Shown here: positions 62,614-64,000 of the stretch, piece by piece
Position numbering within the stretch: the stretch's first letter is position 1
Layout of the letters: each line of letters opens with the position of its first letter
From: Takakia lepidozioides
Taxonomy: Eukaryota > Plantae > Bryophyta
Direction: 5' to 3'
NCBI GenBank assembly: GCA_030704615.1
Contig: CM060732.1
Span: 46,438,001-46,502,000 of the forward strand
DNA length: 64,000 bases
Translations under genes and position numbers: made by a program
Notes under the pieces: generated by a model
The model's database searches: none
Told to the model about the DNA's origin: nothing
The model's input: only the letters and a program-made list of their open reading frames with translations

Positions 62614-63119
62614 TTGGCAGGTGTTAGCGATGGGGAGAAAAATGATGCACACTTATCATTGACCAGTACAGGATAAGTCCCAGGAGTGGGAGGCTTTGGG
62701 CGCGTGAGCAGTGCCAGTGGTATCCCAACCTTTGCTGGCGAGCAGACCTGTGTCCAGGTAATGCTCATGACTTTCTAAAATCCTGTCATGTACGAAGCTT
62801 GGAGCTCCACAATTCCTCATTGATGAGAGTTTTATAGTGCTCCTTGTGTGACATAAACGGTGTGAATATACCTTTTACTAACCCCATGTATATGCAGAAC
62901 TGTGCCCCCTCCTTTTGCTGTAGAGTATGTAATTGTAGATGTTGGAATGGGGCTGCAGAAAGCCTTGGCCAAGGAAAGGGCATAAATATTGCACCACATG
63001 TTGGGGCCTTCATGTGTGGCAATACAAAAATGGTACAGGTATTGTGAAGATCCTTCATTGGGCTCTTAAGCTGTCCCACCATTCTTTTCTTTCCTCTGTT
63101 AGTCTCTCTATCACTTCTT

Positions 63120-63243
63120 TAGGCTACCGCAAACGTCGTCTTATGTCTTATCTCTATCACTTCTTGTTACCTTTTATTCTGCCCAAACTGGGGGCGGGGT
63201 CTATGGCCACAAGGCTACAGCAAACGTCATCTTATGAGTACAT
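63120..63243 (+). mobile_element. Two LINE family A micro-insertions (63120-63150 and ~63180-63243)
   Basis: The first is flanked by the 15-bp TSD TCTCTATCACTTCTT (63105-63119, 63151-63165); both carry the AGGCTAC..CAAAC...TCTTATG end. Confidence 0.8.
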
Positions 63244-64000
63244 TATATCTCTGCTTTCCCACTCTAATGAGACTACCAGGTAAATTCAGCTGTATGCAAG
63301 GGAGATGGAAATTCCAGGCAAAGTAAGTGTTCCCAGAGTATACTCAACCATCTGGCAGACAGTTAGAAACAGATCCACCGAAAGATTCTCTACAAAATAT
63401 TATGGCACTGCGTGTCAGATAGACAAATCACTCCAATTGTACAACATGCAAAACTAATATAGGAAGTTACAGCTTCTCATGTTTCTTTTGGGAAGGTTGA
63501 TCCCTAGAGGCTGGAATCCTCCCAACCCTCCAGGGACCCCAAAGAAAGCATACCATAAAATTGCAACATTGAATCTGGCAAGGCACTGCTGCTCTTGCCT
63601 GCTAACTCTGAAAATAGCACAGAGGAAGGGAGAGCGAGAGAACCTAACTCTGATATCTGTGCTCCAGAAAAAATTCTCCTAGTGAAGCACCTTTACATGC
63701 AAGAGGGTGAACCATGCTCACAAACAGTGAGTGCTCCAACATGATTGATAACTGTAGGGTTTAGGATGACACCACAATTGTGTGTTCTTTAAGGTTCAAC
63801 AATGCATGATTGTGACATCATTTTTTGGGGACAGGAAGCACTAGTCGAGACAGCACTGCATTGGTCAGTGCATTGATATGTGCAGTCTGTTGCCAGAATA
63901 ACAGAAAATGACAGAAACAAAGAAAAGGCAGAGTATGCATGTATACCACATACCAAAATCTAACCGTCTCAAACAAGCAAACCATGAGTTCTTGCTGAAG

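Overview
Eukaryotic land-plant nuclear DNA, inferred to be a seed-free plant (fern- or lycophyte-like) from the regular L-S-P PLS-class PPR arrays, RTE/RTEX-like LINEs, a Tcn1-like Ty3/gypsy element and TE-filled introns. Intact host genes: the last exon of a SAM-dependent methyltransferase (+), a 3-exon CYSTM protein (-), a 14-exon ~19 kb peroxisomal acyl-activating enzyme (AAE17/18-like, C-terminal SKL, -), an Lhcb2-type LHCII gene (+), a U2 snRNA (-) and a 690-aa PLS-E PPR gene (+). The rest is transposon-derived. Main findings: (1) a TIR- and 9-bp-TSD-bounded Mutator-like element carrying a gene of the At4g13970/At1g60560 SWIM family, which I recall as ordinary host genes in angiosperms; (2) a Pack-CACTA element inserted in a PPR pseudogene and carrying PPR fragments plus copies of its own flanking DNA; (3) one LINE family (B) stacked head-to-tail on its own 3' ends; (4) another LINE family (A) that is tail-less, inserts at TCT-initiated pyrimidine sites and leaves inserts as short as ~31 bp; (5) a U2 promoter with short, Pol III-like USE-TATA spacing. 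Family assignments come from motif recognition, not database searches, and coordinates were counted by hand.
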